DNA from: Sphyrna mokarran
Taxonomy: Eukaryota
NCBI GenBank assembly: GCA_024679065.1
Contig: JAGIQG010000002.1
Location: 121,024,001 to 121,088,000, forward strand
DNA: 64,000 nucleotides
Direction: 5' to 3'
Shown: positions 26,630-40,879 of the stretch, in pieces
How the letters are laid out: each line of letters begins with the position of its first letter
Position numbering within the stretch: the stretch's first letter is position 1
The notes under the pieces: model-generated
Told to the model about the DNA's origin: nothing
What the model saw: only the letters and a program-made list of their open reading frames with translations
Database searches by the model: none
Translations under genes and position numbers: made by a program

Positions 26630-27130
26630 AATATATGGGTTGATTTAGAAGGGTGCTATTTAATACAGCCATGGCGGTGAAGCCCAGGCAGCTTTAAAAG
26701 CGTCATCTGAATTCCAAGATTATGTTACAACCCTTAACTCAGTTCACTTTATAACAAGTTTGATTTGTTTGTTCGCTATTATTCTATTTTTAAGCTTTAT
26801 ACTGGGCACTGACAATTGATGCATGCATTATACCCTTAATGTGTGGCCATGCGCATCTGAATATTAATGCTATTTCACCTCAAAGGGTATTAACAAATTT
26901 TTAATCCATGGTTGATTATCTGAAGTTACCATTAGTCTATGCATATTATTGTGATAATCCTTTTTCAAGCAATATTTCAGTATTCCACTTCACCAAGTCG
27001 ACAAGATTAAACTACGTAAATCATTGTGGCAGTGATTTTTTTGTTGCATTTGAAGTGAATACTGCTTAAAAATATGTTGATGTGATTCTCCAGTTATATC
27101 TATAATGTGTCTCATTGCTGAATCAAACAT
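26630..27130. promoter_or_regulatory. Candidate CNE/enhancer
   Basis: Unique AT-rich block with clustered TAAT/ATTA, ACAAT and TCAAAG motifs plus retained CpGs. Conservation untested. Confidence 0.35.
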
Positions 27131-27689
27131 AATGAAATAAACCACCCACAATCCCTCACTCCCCTCTCCAAACTGCCCAAATCCTCCCTGCCCAAGACCC
27201 CAGACTTAACTTGCTCCAAGATTCATGTGTCTTGTTCTTGAGCGTGACTGCAGCCCCTGGCACTTTCTCACTAACGCACTCTGATATTGTGGGGAGCTCC
27301 AGCGGGTGGGACTCCGCTCCACCCCCCCCCTCCCTCGCCCAATGAAGAGTGGGTGTCCCACATTGCACAAACTTAGAGAACTTTCAGCCTGTTATGGCTG
27401 CAGGGCTGGCATGGAGTGAGTTGGCCTCTGTATGACTATTTTCAGGGGAGAGTGAGTTGTCTGCTTTCCCACAATATGCTGTCCATTGTATTAACGTTAA
27501 TATTAATATCAGGTTGGGTTCAAAATACAAAGAGGTGGTGTTCTGAATTTGCCCTCAGAAGTCCCCAGAATTCAGTGGGTTAGTGGCCAATGGATGAAAT
27601 GTCATTTCCATACATGGAAGAGATAGTGTTTGTGGAGAACTGCTTCTCCAATCATAGATTCTGTCTCTCCATGGATGCCACTCCCAGTT

Positions 27690-27915
27690 CCTCCATCACA
27701 GATTCCTTCTCTTCAGGGCCCCTGTGCAGCCAATCACCATTCAGGTGTCTCAGTACAAATCTCCTTACGTGCTTGTGGAAAAACACAAACAATGCTGCAC
27801 ATGACTGAGGAGTGTCCACTCTACAGGCTAAGAGACGGACTAATCGCCTTAAACTCAGTGAATGAGGAGGCTTTGCTAAGTAAATTTTCTATGAACTCTA
27901 ATAAAAACTATGAAA
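27690..27915 (+). mobile_element. Vingi/Ingi-like LINE C-terminal fragment
   Basis: Translation QGPCAAN...ACGKTQTMLHMTEECPLYRL.DGL.AL resembles the C-terminal CCHC zinc knuckle of I-group (Vingi/Ingi) ORFs. Confidence 0.55.
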
Positions 27916-27959
27916 ATTGAAAGCGATCAGGCAGTTTATGAGTGGTATTTGAGAGAATG

Positions 27960-28635
27960 ACTGGGACCTCCCCAGCCAAATGGAGAATTAGTGAGAGCTA
28001 ATGTCGCCACTTTTTGCGAAAGACTGCCACATTAAATGCCACTCGGACTCTTAACTGAACAGCAGTGACCCTTTTCATGGATGAAGGACCATGGAGGTGG
28101 ATGTCCTGCCCGCCAAGAGCTGACAGCCAATCGGAAGCTAGTAACTTCATTGATCAGCAGTGCTATAAGGGAGACAGTGACTTATGCCAGTCGTACAGAC
28201 AACCAAAGTCTAGGATTGTTGCTGGATCCTAGGCCACAGATGAGAGATGGTGAGAGGAGGGGTGTAGGATGGATGGCACTGAGGCGAGAAGGAAGGGATT
28301 AAACACCTTTCACAGGCAAGTGGCTTCAGTTCCCCCAGCATCACATCCCCTGATGCCAGATCCCTTGATCAGGTATGGAATGCTTTTTAAGGAAAGCCAT
28401 TCAGAGCTCACAAGTAACCTTACATGGATTTGCTTGTCATGTTCCCCATGTAGTGAGCCCTCTGCCCAACACTAGTCTACCAGTAGCAGTGGGATAGAGC
28501 CTTAAGTGGGCATTAACTGTCATTTATGTGCCTTCCCAGCATGGATTTAATCAGGATTGGTAGAGGGCAGGGAGTGGAGTTCCCATCTGTTTAACTGAAA
28601 TCTGACCACAGGGGAAGGGCAGTAAGCTCTACCCT
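27960..28635. mobile_element. Degraded Harbinger-like non-autonomous element
   Basis: GCCAATCGGAAGC and GTGGGCATTAACTG internal motifs and an end GTAAGCTCTACCC, similar in style to other elements at 22530, 31003 and 33930. Confidence 0.35.
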
Positions 28636-30249
28636 ATGTATTTGGATGGTGTCATTTTTAACAACGTACGATTGACTCGAAGCTTCCTATTGTGCAACTG
28701 CTAGCAATTAATATTATAACTAAAATATATTATAATATTGTAACACTTCTTTGCAAATTGTACAGCATAAAAGAGAGGAAGGGAAGGCTCATCTGAAAGC
28801 ATAACTTTGCAGCAATACTTTTTTAAAAAATCAATTCAGGTGAGTTTTCAATCCAAATCAATGTGAAGGCAATCATCATGAAATATTTGATACAGCTGAG
28901 TTAAATAAAAGCAGTTAATTCTGTGACTCATTTAATTATATTTGTTCAAGCAATAAATAATTATATAGAACAAGCAATGTACAATAATCACCATCTATAT
29001 TTTCTCAAGGTTATTATACACAAGGTCTTAGCCTATATGGTTTTGTTTGTCTAACTGCTTATTGGGGTTGATTTACACATAACATTGAATGGCTCTCAAA
29101 ATGTAACACATTTTCAGTGTAATGGCTGTACTGTAATTGGATGTCTGTCACATGAAATCTTATTTTTTTGTCTTATTTTACAGTGAAATTTGGAACTATA
29201 ATTTAGATGTATGGTCCTGGAGTCAATTCCAGTAGGTGAAGTGTATCTGCATAACTCATACTGGGCAGTTTTTATCTGTCATTGTGTTTTTTTACATGCT
29301 GCACTCCAGAGTGTTGTATGTGTATTTGTGAGGCTTGCTTTGAGTGTGATAATGTTCACATGTGGTGGTTAAAACACAACGCAAAGAGAACAGCAAGATG
29401 TTAGTGAGGGAAAAAGGGCAAATGCAGCCCAGAAACCTCATGAAGATTTTTATATAATTCTTGAATTGTATCTGACATGAAAATAACTCCAAGAACTCAT
29501 ATTCATAATGCTGGGATAACTTCATTCTGGCTGTGCTTGCCCCAAGACAATGGAACTTTGCATGGTGTTGTGTCCTGCCCACTACAGTTCCCATGGTGGA
29601 TGGGACAGTAAAATTCTGCATGACAAATTTGATCTTGATTTGTTAGAACAAACCAGTGTAGTGATTAAATTCAAAATATCCAATTAAAAATGAATTTTAT
29701 GATGACACTTTAAGTAAACATGGAAATCTAAAACACTCAATTGAATTGTGGGTATTCATTCACAAAGCTGATGCCAGAAAACGTCCTTCTGAGACATAAG
29801 TACAATTAGATTCAAGCCGCTTCTAGTTCTTGAGGGATTTTGCTGCTGTGAACTGTTTAACTTAGTTTCTATTCTAATAAATATTTATTACAGGTCACCA
29901 AAATGAGCAGATGACAATAGATAGAATTGAAATTGATATGTATGCTGCACTTTATGTAGGTGTAAATTCAGTATTTATGATGCTATAAATTTATATGCTT
30001 TGTGATTTGTACAATTAGTCACCATTGTCTTGACAAGCTCAGCAAAGGAAACAACTCTGGATAATTATTATATTCAAGAGTCTATATTCACGGTGCTTTT
30101 TGATTAAGCATTGTTTGCAAGAGCAAATTGTTATGTTTTCTCCAGCATTGAATCAATTTGTTTTTCCTTGGCTTCTGGGTATTAACTAGGCAAGAAGGTG
30201 CAGGGAATAGGGTTTGGAGCTCCATGTCTGCTACTTTTGGTTGTGCACA

Positions 30250-30740
30250 CAAGGCTAAGGATATCTTAGCCTTGGTAGAGACAGGTACAAAGTATTAATT
30301 TAACATCTTTGCCATTTGTCATCAAGTATATATCACCTTTTTAGTCTGTAATTAGCCCCACCCTTCTTCGTACTACCTTTTTACTACTTACATGCCTATA
30401 AAAAAAGTTTGGATTCCCTTTTATGTTGGATGCCAATTTCTTATACTCATGCTTTGCCTCTCTTATTTCCTTTTTTCACTGGTTCTCACTTGAATTATCA
30501 CACTGACATTTATTAATTCACATCCTTTTTCTGCTCCATCTTGTCTTGTTATCCAAAGAATTCTGGGTTTGGGTGACCGACCTTTCACCCTCATGGGAAT
30601 GAACCTCAGCCGTTCCTGAACAATGTCCCCATCAAATGCAGCAAATTGTTTCTTTACAGTTTTGCCTGTTAATCCTTGATTTCAGTTTACCTGCAAGAGA
30701 TCTGTACTCATCCTACCTCCTCCAATTAAATATTTTTACT
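30250..30740 (-). mobile_element. Old CR1 fragment
   Basis: Pyrimidine-rich antisense ORF2-like sequence comparable to 36950-37400. Confidence 0.5.
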
Positions 30741-31204
30741 TCAGGTTGCCTTTATATTTGTTGCATTGCGTTAGCCTCAGCAACATGTTTGACAAATAAT
30801 CCATCTGATTAAAAGAAAAATGTATTTGCCTTGTCACATCATTGAAAAGTCTCAAAGTAGTTCACGTGCGCACCATTTGGACCTCAGCAATCCAAGAAAA
30901 CAACTCACCACCCACTTCCTAAAGGGCAGTTAGGGATGGGCTGACTTTGACAGTCATGCTCACATCCTCCAAACAAAAAAGAGTAATTTTTAAATACAGA
31001 CATTGGGCTGAATTTTATGTGTCCCAATGGGTGTATTTTCCATGGTGGAAAAGGGTGGAGCATATAAAATGAGATGGGTGCCCATCCCACACAGCCTCTA
31101 GCTCACCCCTACAATATGGAGGAATGAGCAGGCACCAAAATCAGTAGTCCACCTACCATATTAAAATGACCAATTGTTATTCAACCTCTTGACTCTCACC
31201 ATGG

Positions 31205-31820
31205 TTTCGTCGGACAAAACATTGAATACAGGAGTTGGGACGTCTTGTTGAAGTTGTACAAGACATTGTTAAGGCCATGCTTGTGTGCAATTCTGCTCAC
31301 CCTATTATAGAAAGGATATTATTAAACTAGAAAGAGTGCAGAAAAGATTTACTAGAATGTTACTGGGTTTTGATGGATTGAGTTATAAGGAGAGGCTGAA
31401 TAGTATGGGACTTTTTCCCTTGGAGTGTAGGAGGCTGAGGGGTGACCTTATAAAGGTCTATAAAATAATGAGGGGAGATAGTCAATATATTTTTTCAAAG
31501 GTAGGGGAATGTAAAACTAAAGGGTATAAGTTTAAGGTGAGAGGAGAGAGATACCAAAGTGTCCAGAGGGGCAATTTTTTCACATGGGGGTGGTGAGCAT
31601 CTGGAACAAGCTGCCAGAGGTAGTAGTAAAAGCGTGGACAATTTCATCTTTTAAAAAGCATTTAGATAATTATATGGGTACGTATGATGGGTACAGAAGG
31701 AGACTGGCCAAATGCGGGCAATTGGGATTAGTTTAGGGGTTTAAAAAAAAAGGGTGTCATGGACAAGTTGGGCCAAAGGGCCTGTTTCCATGTTGTAAAG
31801 CTCTATGATTCTAACTCTAT
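31205..31820 (+). mobile_element. CR1 LINE 3' fragment
   Basis: ORF 31285-31596 (QFCSPYYRKDIIKLERVQKRFTRM...LRGDLIKVYKIM). Tail GGGCCAAAGGGCCTGTTTCC...CTCTATGATTCTA. Confidence 0.9.
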
Positions 31821-32089
31821 CTGTTGCCCATGTCATAATTTGTTTTGCATTGGTATCAGGATGTAAGTGTGAAGCCCAATTTTTAACATCAAATGGTTAC
31901 AGGACAGGAAGAAAGGGTAGCTTTTGGAGCTGATCGAACAGTGGCCTCTCTTGGACTGAGCCTCCTCCTTCCTTCCTATCTCCTTCTTCCCTTCAACTCA
32001 TGCTCTCCCCTTCACTGTCCCTCTCTCCAACGCTCAACAAACTCTCCTGGCTCATAATCCTGGACTAAGTTGCTCCAGGGCCTTGGGCT

Positions 32090-32395
32090 GCTCAATGATT
32101 GGTACTGCTGCCTCACAGCGCCAGGGACCTGGATTCAGTTCCAACCAGGGATTCAATGTCTGTTTGGAGTTTGCCCGTCCTTCCTATGTCTGCACCCTTT
32201 GGGTGCTGTGGTTTTCTCCCACAACCCAGAGATGTGCAGCTTAGGTGGATCAATCATGTCAAATGACTCCTTAGTGTCAGGGGGACTAGCAGGGTAAATA
32301 AGTGGGGTTAGGGGATAGCGTTTGGATGGGAATGTGGTTGGTGCAGATTCAAGGGGCTGAATGGCCTCTTTCTGCACTGTAGTGTTTCAATGTAT
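32090..32395 (+). mobile_element. HE1/V-SINE
   Basis: ACTGCTGCCTCACAGCGCCAGGGACC head, V-domain, and GGGCTGAATGGCCTCTTTCTGCACTGTAG tail. Confidence 0.85.
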
Positions 32396-32759
32396 TATGT
32401 AAACTCAAGTTCAATTGATATAATCAGAGCCAATGAATGAAAATTTAATAATATTTTACATTTTAATTTTAAATTTTGATAATGTATTGCAATCAAATAC
32501 TTTTTTAAAAATATCTTAAATATAAACAAAAATGATTCAAATGCAAAGGAGCTCAACAGCAACTAAAAAAGTTAGAATGCTAAGCTGCAACATAAAGTTT
32601 GATGGATTTTTTTTAATTTGATGTTTGATTTTTATTTCAGATCTTTTAGCATTTGGTATTTTCATTCACCTCTCCACAATTGTAAAAAAATTAATTCTAC
32701 ATTTCATAGCATTTGACTCTCCCGTACTTAGAGATTTGATTGGTTTTGATTATAATGAT

Positions 32760-33720
32760 TCTGGTAACAATTAATGAGAATTAAGTGCAGAGGACTAGCT
32801 TTCAATGGTATTAAATAGGCAGTCAATTCTTCAGACACCTGCATGCCTAAATTACTCATTTTTCATGCTGTTGATTTCAAAATATGCTTTTATGTAATTA
32901 AAAGCCAAGATAAAATCACAAGAAGACAATTTACACTGATAGTTACAACAATATGTGGCATTGTCATTGTGCCGTAGATGCAGCTAGTGACGGTTCACAA
33001 TTATATTTTGAAACAGCAGTTTCTGTTTTATAAAAGAAAAGACACAATTGTGCCAAGATATGAAGGCAAGCTGCAGTGTGCATATAAAGAGCTCAAGATC
33101 AAACTCCTTGTGCAATTATGATCAGCTCAGAGCTTAGGAGTAATGAACTTGAACATTAACGGACACCCTCTTGCATCTGCCAGTCCTGGCAACAGAAGAA
33201 AACACAAATTACAAGTTAAAATCAGATTGCCAGTCTATTAGACCTGAGGCTGAGACACACACGCATGCAGCCTATTCATCTGATTGCAGATGGAGTACTT
33301 TTCGTGACAAGGAGTTCTTTTCAGTGTGATTCCAGCCTGACTTCCCTAACACAATAAGACGTTTTGTTCCTATTCAGTAACATCAAGCCCGCCTTCACCC
33401 TCTGCAAAACAGAAATTTAAACATAAACACCCTTTCTGTCTCCCAGATGAAAAATAATTAACATATTAGCTCATTGTAATTATGCTTACTGTCAAATGTT
33501 TTTATTCCAATGTTAAGGGACTGCTACAGTGAAACTGACAGAACATCAATGCACTTTTAGATCTGGCTTGTCAACTTATTTTGAATGCCTGAGTTAGTGA
33601 TCCGTGAAAAAGCTGAATAACTGCAGAAGTTTTTAATGTTTAATTGTCCCAATAGGGATTGATAGCTCAGCTTTAAGAAAAGACAATTGTGATAAACTGA
33701 TAAGAAATTGTACTTCCCAT
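32760..33720. promoter_or_regulatory. Candidate CNE/enhancer cluster
   Basis: Repeat-free. Several SOX (ACAAT/CATTGT), homeobox and TGACAG motifs. Conservation untested. Confidence 0.35.
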
Positions 33721-34239
33721 CTCTAGATCCTGAACAGAACTGTCCAGTGATTGGCTTTGGGTAAGAAGAAGTCTGTAAAGCCTGGAAATCTAAAATAAGG
33801 AGAGAAGTACAGCCAGTAAGTCAATTTGCACCTGAAAATTCTGGATGTAACCTTTCATTGGAAATCTGATTAAATCTTCTTGAGGCTTGTTCATTCATCA
33901 CATATACAATAACCCTCTATCATTACTGAACAAAATTTAGTGCCCTTGCCGACAGCAGGTTTGGAGGCTGTGGAAGGTATTTGATTGGGGAGAAGATGAA
34001 GAGTGGGGATCCTGCCACCTCCCCACCTCTGCCCAATCAAATTCAGGGCAGGATGGTTGGAGGGAAGCCTTCCAGTGCAGAAACCAATTGAGGCCCCTAA
34101 ATAGCCAGTTAAGGGCCATTCAACAACCTCATCCCATCATCACATTCAACAAGCAGTGAGTGGGGAACTCCCCATATAGGGAGACCACCCAGCAAACTTT
34201 TCACTCGTGACCTTGTTGGGTGGTAGGGTCCCTCCTTCA

Positions 34240-37200
34240 TAGAAGCATAGAGAATCAGTGCAGGAATAGGCCATTCAGCCCTTCAAACCTGCATACCATT
34301 CAATATGATCAATGCTGATCATGCACTTTCAATGTCCCACTCTCGCTTTCTCCCCATATCCCTTGATCCCTTTTGCTGCATGGGCCATGTCCAGCTTCCT
34401 CTTGAATGTATCTAATAAACTGGCCCCAACAGCTTTCCATGGAAGAGAATTCCACAGGTTCACAACTCTCTGGGCTCTATTTTACCATTTTTATTCTAAG
34501 TGCTGGGCTGCTTGAAACTGGGAGTGTTTCAGATCCAATTTTTAAGCCCATTCTCAAGTGCCCCATATGTAGTCTATCTGCAAAAATAACATGATTCTGA
34601 AATAAACTGCAGAAGCCTGTGGGGAGGGGCTTAACATGCCCGAAATCCTGCAGCTCCGATTGGCGCCTCCAACTGCACATGCGCAGAAAAGAGATAGAAA
34701 AACACTCACCTGCTGTATCACTCCTGGGCCGGATAAAGCCTCCCCCCAGACTCCACAAACATTACCCCACCCCAAACATTACTGACCCTCTTATGCCTCA
34801 CTCTCCCACCACCCAGAGTGATTGTAGGTCTCTCCCTCCCTCCTGATTTCAGGCAGAGTGGCAATGAACACCCCCTCCCCATTACATGCACAGTGGTAGC
34901 AGAACCACCATTCCACCTCACCCCCGATCAAACACAGAATGGCAGCAGACCCCTCCTCTTCCCCACTGATCACAAGTAGAATGGCAGTGGACGCATCATG
35001 CCCTTCCATCCCTGACCTGGCTGGTAACCACCCCCCCCCGTAATCTCACGCCCCCCAATCTGAGTCAGAGAACTCTTGGACCCACCTTCCCCTCCTGATC
35101 CGAGTCAGAGAATCAGCTGACCACTCCCTCCCCCAACAGATCTAAGTCAGAGAGCCATGTGACCCACCTCCCTCTATCCTCCTCCCATCTTTGATCTGAA
35201 GCAGAGAGCCACCGGATGCTCAGAACTTATCTCCTCAGAAGCTGAAGCATGTCTGTTTCACACTGAATCTCGATGGGCGAACACAGTGGTAAAGGGGGGA
35301 GTGCCAGTAAGTTTGGACAAGCAGCCCATTAAGTCAATTTAAATGCATACAAGTTCATTTAAATCAATACTGCACCTTTTTCAGGCATAGACCTGACAGT
35401 GGCCATTTTCGGCCCTTGGTAAAGGGGGAACCGGCGCAGAGGTGGGTGCGAATCACGCTACTTGCCTCACACCGACTTTATCAAGTTTTTGCACTCAAAA
35501 GCAGGTGCAATGTGATGGTAAAATCAGGCCATCTGAGTGAAAAGATTCTTCCTTTGCTCAGTCCTGAATGGCTTACCCCTTATTCTGAGAGTGTGACCCC
35601 TGGTTCTGCACTTCCCCAACATCAGGAACACTCTTCCCGCATCTAGGCTGTCAAGTCCCCTCAGGATTTTATATGTTTCTATGAAATCCTCTTTCATTCT
35701 TCTAAATTCCAGTGAGTATAAGCCCAATCAATCCAGTATCTCTTCATTTGTCAGCCCTGCCAATCTGGCAATCAATCTTGTGAACCTTTGCTGAATTGCC
35801 TCAATGGCAAGAATGTCCTACTTCAAACTAGGAGACCAAAACTGCGCACAATACTCAAGATGTGGCCTCACCAAGGCCCTTTATAACTGTAGCAAGACAT
35901 CCTTACTCCTATACTCAGATCCTTTTGCTATGAAGGCCAGCATGCCAATAGCTTTCGTCGTATCCTGCAGTACATATATGCCAACTTTCAGCTCTGTTCC
36001 ACCATGACACCTAGATCACGTTGCACTCCCCCTTTTCTGAAACTGGATCCATTCAGATAATAATCTTCCTTCCTGTTTTTGTCACCAAAGTTGTTAACCT
36101 CACATTTACTCACATTATATTGCAAGTATTTTTGCACTCGGTTAGCCTGTCCCTGTCACCCTACAGCTTCACAACATACTCCTCACAGCACACACTGCCA
36201 CCCAGGTTAGTTTTGTCTGCAAATGTGGAAATTTTACATTCGATTCCTTTGTTCAAATCATTAACATATATTGTGGAAAGCTGGGACCCCAGCACCTTAC
36301 GATACCCTACCAGTCACTGCTTGCCACCCAGAAAAGGACCTGTTTATTCCCATTCTCCTTTTTCCTGTCTGCCAACCATCTCTATCCATGTCAACACATT
36401 ACCCCAAATACCATGAGCTTTAATTTTGCTAATCTCATGTGTAGGGCTTGGTCAAAAATCTTTTGAAAGATCAGATACACAACATCCCGTTGGTTCATCA
36501 TTGTCAATTCTGATGGTCACACCCTTAAAAAATTCCAGATTGTCAAGCACAATTTCCCATTATTGACTTAGGCTGAGGGGACTGATCCTGTCACCACTTT
36601 CCAAATGCTTAGTTATTACATTCTTAATAATTAACTCCAGCATTTTCCTCACCACTGATGTTAGGTTAACCTGTCTATAATTCCCTGTTTTATTTCTCCC
36701 TCCTTTTTTAAAAAAATGGGGTTACATTTAATTACCACCAATCAATGGGATTCTTCCAGAGTCTATAGAATGTGTGAAAATGATCACCAATGCGACCGTT
36801 ATTTCTAAGACCATTTCCTAAAATACTCTGGGATGCCAAGCACTAGGCCCTGGAGACTTATCAGGTTTTAATCCTAGCTATTTTCCCAATCCTTGTTCAT
36901 CCTAAACCCTCTGACCCCTAGTATTTTTGGGAGGTTATTTGTGTCCTCCTTAGTGAAGACAGTTCCAAAGTATTTATTCAACTAGTCTGCCATTTCTTTG
37001 TTGCTCATTATGAATTCACCTGATTCTAACTGTAAGGGACCTACATTTGCCTTTGTCAATTCATAGAAACATTTGCAGTCAGTTTTTATGTTTTCTGCAG
37101 CTTACTCTTGTATTCTATCTTTCTCTTCTGAATTAAACACTTTGTCCTCCTCTGTTGGATTTTAAATTTCTCCCAGTCCTCAGTTTTGCTGCTCTTTCTG

Positions 37201-37575
37201 GCTGATTTATATGCATCCTCTTTGGTTTTAACACTATCCATGATTTTCCTTGTTAGCCATGGTTGAGCCACCTTCCCTATTTTACTCTTATGCCAGATAG
37301 GAACGTACAGTTATTAAAGTTCATCCATGTGTTCTTTAAGTGTCTGCCATTGGCTATCTACTATCAACCCCTTAAGTATCCTTTGCCAGCTTATCCTACC
37401 CAATGCACATCTCTTACCATCAAAGTTAGCTTTCTTTAAGTTCAGGATTCTAGTCTCATCTTAGCAGTGTCACTCTCTGTCTTAATGAAGAATTCTATCA
37501 TATTATGGTCACTTTTCCCAAAGGATATTGCAGCATAAAGTTGCTAATTAATCCTCTCTCGTTACACAATTACTG
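34240..37575 (-). mobile_element. CR1 LINE (~2.3 kb, 5'-truncated) interrupted by a DNA transposon
   Basis: Antisense ORF2 remnants GLYSLEFRRMKEDFIETYKIL (35524-35727) and QPWLTRKI (37086-37271). Tail at 34240-34300. Sequence continues across 34472-35531. Confidence 0.9.
34472..35531. mobile_element. Non-autonomous PIF/Harbinger-like DNA transposon
   Basis: TIRs GGGCTCTATTTTACCAT / ATGGTAAAATCAGGCCA, 3-bp TSD TCT (34469-34471, 35532-35534), internal C-rich tandem units. Confidence 0.75.
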
Positions 37576-38589
37576 GGCCCAATTGAGGCACAAAGAAAAG
37601 TGTCCCATGCCCTTGCTTCTGACTCCTTCCCTCCCACTTGCTGGTGACCCCACCCCTGCAAAGTCCTTCCATCCATGCACTTCTCCCCAGGAATCCAGCG
37701 ACGATCCCTGGTGAAAACTGAGTACAATACTGTCTGTGGCCATTGCTCCCAGTTGTGTTACTGGTACTAAAAAGCTGCCAGTCATGCTCACGTCTTAACT
37801 GTCTCCAGTCTCCTGGAGAGAAGTGACATAGTATTCCCACTGGTTCTCCAACCCAGTCTCCAACACTAACTTCCACCCTCTATCTGTACTCATTTAGTCA
37901 TCACTGACACTGAAATAAACTCAGCACTTATTTATTTTCAATAATGATATAACCAGCACTCTATTAGTGCTATCAGTTATGTTAATTTAAATAATGGAAA
38001 GAAAACTACTGCTTAAAGTGTTGTCATATGTCACTGTTGATCATATATTGAGAATTATTGCGGATTTAATTTACCTGGTTAAAGAGTACAATAATCAAAC
38101 CTTTAGATTTAATTGACTTCCGGTGTATTTCCAGCATTAATAGCTTCTGTTTTAATTTTAGGTTTCCTACATTCATATTTTCCAGGGATGGGGACTGACC
38201 GAGACTGCTATCACTTTGATGCTGTTGAACTGACAAATACCTTCAGGCTTTGCTAATCTATCTTTTGATACACAACAGAACTTTCCAGCAAAGCAAACAC
38301 CAACACAATTAATAGCAATGACTAAATCTGGAACAAATTGAGACTTGGTTGGGGTTTGTTTAAATTGATATAGCTGCATATAGGTGGATTTGACTGTACC
38401 CATAATTATGCACTTAGTTCAAAAAAATCGTGCAGAGCTAAATCAAACATAGTCAATATAACTGGTCAAAATGTATCTTTGTACACAGTATAAATGCATT
38501 AAGCTTTTTTAGATTGTGCTTTAGTGGTACAAATGCACAATTGACAGTTCTATAGTTCAAGTTGAATTATAAAATTTTATATTTCCTAG

Positions 38590-39810
38590 AGACTAAAATT
38601 AAGAAAGATATCTGAAATAATATTGGACTAGAGTGGATAGAGGTGAACCAGTGGATGTGTTGAATTTGGACTTTCAGAAAACATTTGATAAGATATCTCA
38701 AAAAAGTTTAAGTCATTAGATAAAAGCCCACAGTGTTAGAGGTAGAATATTGACATGGATAGAGAATTGGCTAATGGCAGGAAACAGGATTTTCAGGTTG
38801 GCAAACTATAACCAGTAGGGATTCCCAGCAGGGTTCCACAGGCATCAGTTCTGGGACCTCAACTAATTACAATATATATTAATGACCTGGAGGAAGGAAG
38901 TGAATTTACTGCAGCCAAATTTTTAGATGACACAAAAATAGGTGGAAAGGCAAACTGCAAGAGGGATACAAACAGTTCGCAAAGAGATATTGATAGGTTA
39001 TGTAAGTAGGAAAAAAATTGGCAAATGGAGTATAATGTAGGAAAATGTGAAGTTGTTCATTTTGGAAGGGAGAACAAAAGAACAGAGTATTATTTAAATA
39101 TTCTGCTGCAATAAAAATGGACTTGGGGATACTTTACTGGAAACCCAGAAACAGGTACACACAAGTGCATCAGGTAGTCAGAAAGGCTAATGGAATGTTT
39201 ACCTTTCTTTCAAGGGGGCTGGAGTGTAAGAGTAAGAAATGTCTTACTGCAATTGTACAAGGTACTGGTGAGACCACATCTAGAGTATTATGAACAGTTT
39301 TGATCCCTTTACTGAAAGAAATATATTATTTCTTTGGAGGCAGTTCAGAGAAGGTTTACTAGGATGATCCTTGGTTTGATAAGATTATCTTATAAGGAAA
39401 GGTTAACCAGGTTGGACTTCATTGGAATTTAGAAGAATGAGTGGTGATCTCATTGAAACATACAGGATTGAAAGGGTAAATGCTGGGAGGCTGGGAAAAA
39501 TTAGGACCAGAGAGAATAGTTTCAGAATTAAGGGGCACTAATTTAGGACTGCGATAAGGAGGAATTCTTTTTTCCTCAAAGAGTTGATCTTTGAAACTTC
39601 TTGCCACAGAGAGTATGGAGGCAGAATCCTTCAGGATATTGAAGCTTGAAATAGACAGTTTTTTTTATCAATAAGGGAATCAAGAGATATAGGGGAAGAG
39701 CTGGAAAGTGAACTAGGAATGTTGAAACAGCCATGATCCTATTGAATGGTGGAGCAGGCTTGAGGAGCCTAATGCCTACTCATGTTTCTATTTTTTATGG
39801 TCTTATTAAT
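38590..39810 (+). mobile_element. CR1 LINE 3' fragment
   Basis: Decayed RT motifs (GACTTTCAGAAAACATTTGATAAG = DFQKTFDK; ATTAATGACCTG; GATGACACAAAA) through to the tail TTTTATGGTCTTAT. Confidence 0.9.
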
Positions 39811-40879
39811 GACACTAGATTATATAACTCTGGAATGCATGATATAACCTGCAGGCACTTCCTTTAACTGTATCTCTTGTGCTTTATTATCATTCATCAA
39901 ATAGAAATTAGGATGCCAACAGTAGCAGAATGTGATCACCTGACACTGGACCTGTCTACTTACGGCAACCCATAAGCAAAATAGTTAACTTTCTAATGTT
40001 ATGAAAGCAACTGTACAAATGGAGTAATCTTGCCCAGTTATCAAATACAGCCACATTTGACTTCCAACTATAATAATATTGGCCATGCCCTCAACTGACT
40101 CAATGTGGTGTAAGTCATGCAAATCTTCCATGTTGACTATCCATTTCAGAACTGCCTATTCACCTAAAATTTTTGTAATCATGAATAACATAGAAAAGGA
40201 AGGTTAAAAAGGCATTTTGAAGGTTTGTTTGACTTTGGTTTGGAGGTAGCAAGAAACTTTGCTCAGAAGTTTAAATATTGTAAGTGGCATTTGCAATAGT
40301 GGGGGACTTTATACTGTCTATGGAAAAAGTACACTTAATGGGAATGAGGCAGTTTCTTGTTTTATGCCCTATGTTGTCGCTACTTATCAATTAAATGACC
40401 ACAAACTATCAGGAAAACTGCTTTGTGATGAAGATGATTTTTTATGAGTGTGGAACAAAATTTGAGGTTTTAAAAATATGATCTGAAAAATAAAGCATAC
40501 TCTATAGACAAATTTAGCACCAAACCACATTGAGAGATGATAGAACAGCTGTCCAGTATCCTTCTTCCACAGACAAAGTACAATGATCCACTATTGGGGA
40601 TTACACTTCTGATATTTAAGCTTCTGAGCAAAGTTTCTTACCACCTCCAAACGAAAAACAACTAAAAGTTCAGAATACCTTTTTAACTCTACCGAATGTT
40701 CAGTCAAAAAGTTTTTTTTAAAGGAGTGACTTAAAGGAAGCGAGTAAGTGGAAGGTTTAGGAATAGAATTCCAGAGCATGGAGTTCAGACAAATGTTGGT
40801 ACAAACGGTAAGGGCAATGAAAACTGGAGATGTACTAAAGACTAGAATTGTAGGAATGCAGAGATCTTGGAGGGTTGAT

